From positions 1 through 35,629 of the IMG/VR virus record IMGVR_UViG_3300012667_000473: 35,629 nt of DNA; one strand, 5' to 3'. Numbering within the stretch: position 1 is the stretch's first letter; every line of letters starts with the position of its first letter. Shown piece after piece: positions 33,671 through 35,629 of the stretch. This DNA comes from a virus. Lineage: Duplodnaviria; Caudoviricetes. The notes under the pieces are model-generated. The model did not search any database and had not been told where the DNA came from. It saw nothing but the letters and a program-made list of their open reading frames with translations. The translations under genes were made by a program, and so were the position numbers.

Positions 33671-34252
33671 ATGGAGCAAAGGCCAAGGCCAATCCGACAG
33701 AGGAAAGAGGATCGGATCCTGCACCAGGGATCGACGGCGGCTCAGATTAGGTGCGATGTCTGCGTCGGCCCGTTCGATCAGGCGATGCGCGAGATGGATC
33801 GCAAATGGGGCGTCGATCGCCTGCCGGAAATCGTCGCGACAGAAAGCGCCGCGAAATGGGGCAAGGCGATGGCCGGGTTAAATGACGCCATCAATTCAGA
33901 GGATCCCGACAAAGTTAAATTCTGGGTCGAGGTCTGCCTGCGCGGCTTAAAATCAATGGACGAAGAGGCGTTCAAATCAGGCCAGCCAATATCGGATCCG
34001 ATGATCTGGGAATATAATTACGAAGGCCAGACATATGGGATCATCGAGGACGGGCGGCATTGGCCCGCAGCATATGCCAAGCGGCCCGGGCTGGTGGTCT
34101 TCACCATGCGCGAGGCCGCCATCGCCATGCACGCCCACCGCAACGGGCTGGTCGAGGCGGTCAAGCTGGCGTTCCCCGGCGCGCAGATTTCTGGCATCAG
34201 GGACAAGGGGCAGAACATGGAAGATGACATCGACTTCGGGGTGACAGAATGA
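33671..34252 (+). CDS. Hypothetical protein following the primase-helicase
   Basis: GGAGAG RBS; MDRKWGVDRLP motif. Confidence 0.8.
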   Translation: MEQRPRPIRQRKEDRILHQGSTAAQIRCDVCVGPFDQAMREMDRKWGVDRLPEIVATESAAKWGKAMAGLNDAINSEDPDKVKFWVEVCLRGLKSMDEEAFKSGQPISDPMIWEYNYEGQTYGIIEDGRHWPAAYAKRPGLVVFTMREAAIAMHAHRNGLVEAVKLAFPGAQISGIRDKGQNMEDDIDFGVTE

Positions 34253-34464
34253 CCGACATCAACATCACAAAAGAAAAGAACGGCATTTTCTGGACGGCTC
34301 TTGCCGACGCCCACAAGGGGGACAGGATCATATACCACATCGGCCAGCACTGCGGTGGCGTTCACAGGAGGGACGCATCGATGGCCCAAGCCAAGGACGA
34401 TGTGTTCCTGTTCTGCAAGCGCATCGGCAGATCCGAATTCGCATACATGGCGATCAAGAGGTGA
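34249..34464 (+). CDS. Hypothetical protein
   Basis: Coupled ORF with GDRIIYH.G...LF.KR...F.Y.A.KR. Confidence 0.7.
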   Translation: MTDINITKEKNGIFWTALADAHKGDRIIYHIGQHCGGVHRRDASMAQAKDDVFLFCKRIGRSEFAYMAIKR

Positions 34465-34814
34465 TCGTGGACAAGTGGCGCACACCAGAGGCCAACGAAT
34501 ACCGGCGGCTCTACCAGACCAAGCAGTGGCAGGTCCTGCGTCGGCGCGTCCTGCTGCGTGACGGCTATCGCTGCCAGCACAAAGGATGCGGCGCGATGCT
34601 GAAGCGTGGCGTGGCCGATCCGAGATCCGCTGTCGTCCACCACAAGATCGCGCACAAAGGTGACCTGGATCTCTTTTTCGATTACAACAATCTGGAATCG
34701 GTTTGCTGGACTTGCCACTCTGGCGACATCCAGCAGACCGAATACTACGGCTTTGACCTGGAGATCGGTGACGATGGTTGGCCCATCGATCCGCGCCACA
34801 GAGGGAACAGATAA
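34461..34814 (+). CDS. HNH endonuclease (HK97 gp74-like packaging cofactor)
   Basis: LY....W..LR..VL.RD.Y.C...C, VVHHKIAHKGD..LFFD..NL..VC..CH, DGWP.DP motifs. Confidence 0.92.
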   Translation: MIVDKWRTPEANEYRRLYQTKQWQVLRRRVLLRDGYRCQHKGCGAMLKRGVADPRSAVVHHKIAHKGDLDLFFDYNNLESVCWTCHSGDIQQTEYYGFDLEIGDDGWPIDPRHRGNR

Positions 34815-35611
34815 TGGAAATCCGCCAGAAAAACAGCCTGCCCTGGTCGCACCATCTGTCGATGGGCAATATGTTCCAGGCCCATGTCCACCATCAATTC
34901 GGGCGCAACGTTGGGGTGACGACCAGCTACACGCCGGTCAGCGATCTCGGCATCTACAGGACGCCGCAGGCGGGCGCTGCAACGCCATTGCGGCTGAAGG
35001 CGGGCGGTAACGCTGGGGACACGGCAGCAGGCGCTGGGGCGCGCTCTGTGCGGCTCTATGGCATGAACGCGGCGGGCGATGAGATCACCGAGGTCATAGC
35101 CACGGCAGGCGCAAGCGCATCGGCCAGCACGACGCAATCATTCATCCGGCTTTATCTGGCCGAGGTCTATGAGAGCGGGACATATGGCGCGCAGTCAGCC
35201 GGTTCGCACATTGGCAACATCACCATCGAGAATGCGGCAGGCACCGAGGACTGGGCGCAGATCCAGCTGAATGGGTTCCCATCAGGCACGACCGGCATCG
35301 GGACGATCACCGTGCCGCGCAATCATGTGGGCCTGGTCACATCAATTCAGATCAGCCCAGAGGGCAGCGGGACCAAGACCACCGATGTGATCATCCTGAA
35401 GCGCGAGGGGATCTTGCAGACCGCCGCGCCTTACAAGCCGATCTCAAAGGTGCAGGAGTTCATCGGGCTGGTCGGATCGATCGTGATCAGTTTCGACATG
35501 CCGCTGCGGTTCCCGGAGCTGACCGACATCGGCGTCCTGGCGAAGTGCAGCAGCGGCACAGGAGCCGTCAGCGTGGACATGGAGGTCATCTTCCTCGAGG
35601 CCGAGGTCTGA
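34814..35611 (+). CDS. Beta-rich hypothetical protein, possibly virion-associated
   Basis: Start at ATG 34814 (TAATG overlap); FGRN, D...GAGAR.V...G and TVP motifs. Confidence 0.7.
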   Translation: MEIRQKNSLPWSHHLSMGNMFQAHVHHQFGRNVGVTTSYTPVSDLGIYRTPQAGAATPLRLKAGGNAGDTAAGAGARSVRLYGMNAAGDEITEVIATAGASASASTTQSFIRLYLAEVYESGTYGAQSAGSHIGNITIENAAGTEDWAQIQLNGFPSGTTGIGTITVPRNHVGLVTSIQISPEGSGTKTTDVIILKREGILQTAAPYKPISKVQEFIGLVGSIVISFDMPLRFPELTDIGVLAKCSSGTGAVSVDMEVIFLEAEV

Positions 35612-35629
35612 CGCAGGGGGGGGCGGGGC
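35612..35629 (+). other. G-rich motif of the presumed cos region; appears to continue into position 1 (GTCAAAG)
   Basis: GGGGGGGGCGGGGC|GTCAAAG resembles the GGGGCGGGTCAAA-type motif between HNH and terS in HK97-like phages. Confidence 0.5.

Noticed and set aside
34461-34814. HNH as a mobile homing endonuclease
   Set aside because: Size, motifs and position near cos/terS fit the gp74-like packaging HNH.

Overview
The window looks like an essentially complete ~35.6 kb HK97-type siphophage genome, opened in the presumed cos region. The GTA-like tail tube and chaperone genes suggest an alphaproteobacterial (Rhodobacteraceae-like) host, which is inference. The + strand from 39 to 23696 carries a ParB-N protein, a Mom-like DNA-modifying GNAT, TerS/TerL, portal, prohead protease, HK97 capsid, neck, tail, TMP, tail tip, two glycine-rich fibre modules and a lysis cassette (small membrane proteins, signal-peptide SNase, GH19 endolysin). 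A leftward block of small early genes (23783-27978) includes a C5 DNA methyltransferase. A rightward replication block (28109-35611) carries an HTH protein, RuvC-like resolvase, RecE-like exonuclease, Acb2/Tad1-like protein, SSB, primase-helicase, a candidate origin and an HNH. I found no integrase, cI-type repressor, reverse transcriptase or CRISPR array. The most striking signal is a 70-nt D-arm-less tRNA-Gly-like element (1374-1443) inside the 3' end of the mom-like gene. It has a perfect acceptor stem, U73, encoded CCA and a TCC anticodon, and may be a dedicated glycyl donor for DNA hypermodification. Other highlights are an overprinted two-frame methyltransferase with three TRD-like repeats, a three-domain protease with an internal start, a hairpin shared by the capsid and tail-tube leaders, a structured RNA after the lysis genes and an iteron-rich palindromic origin candidate. 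All family calls come from reading motifs by eye; no searches were run.
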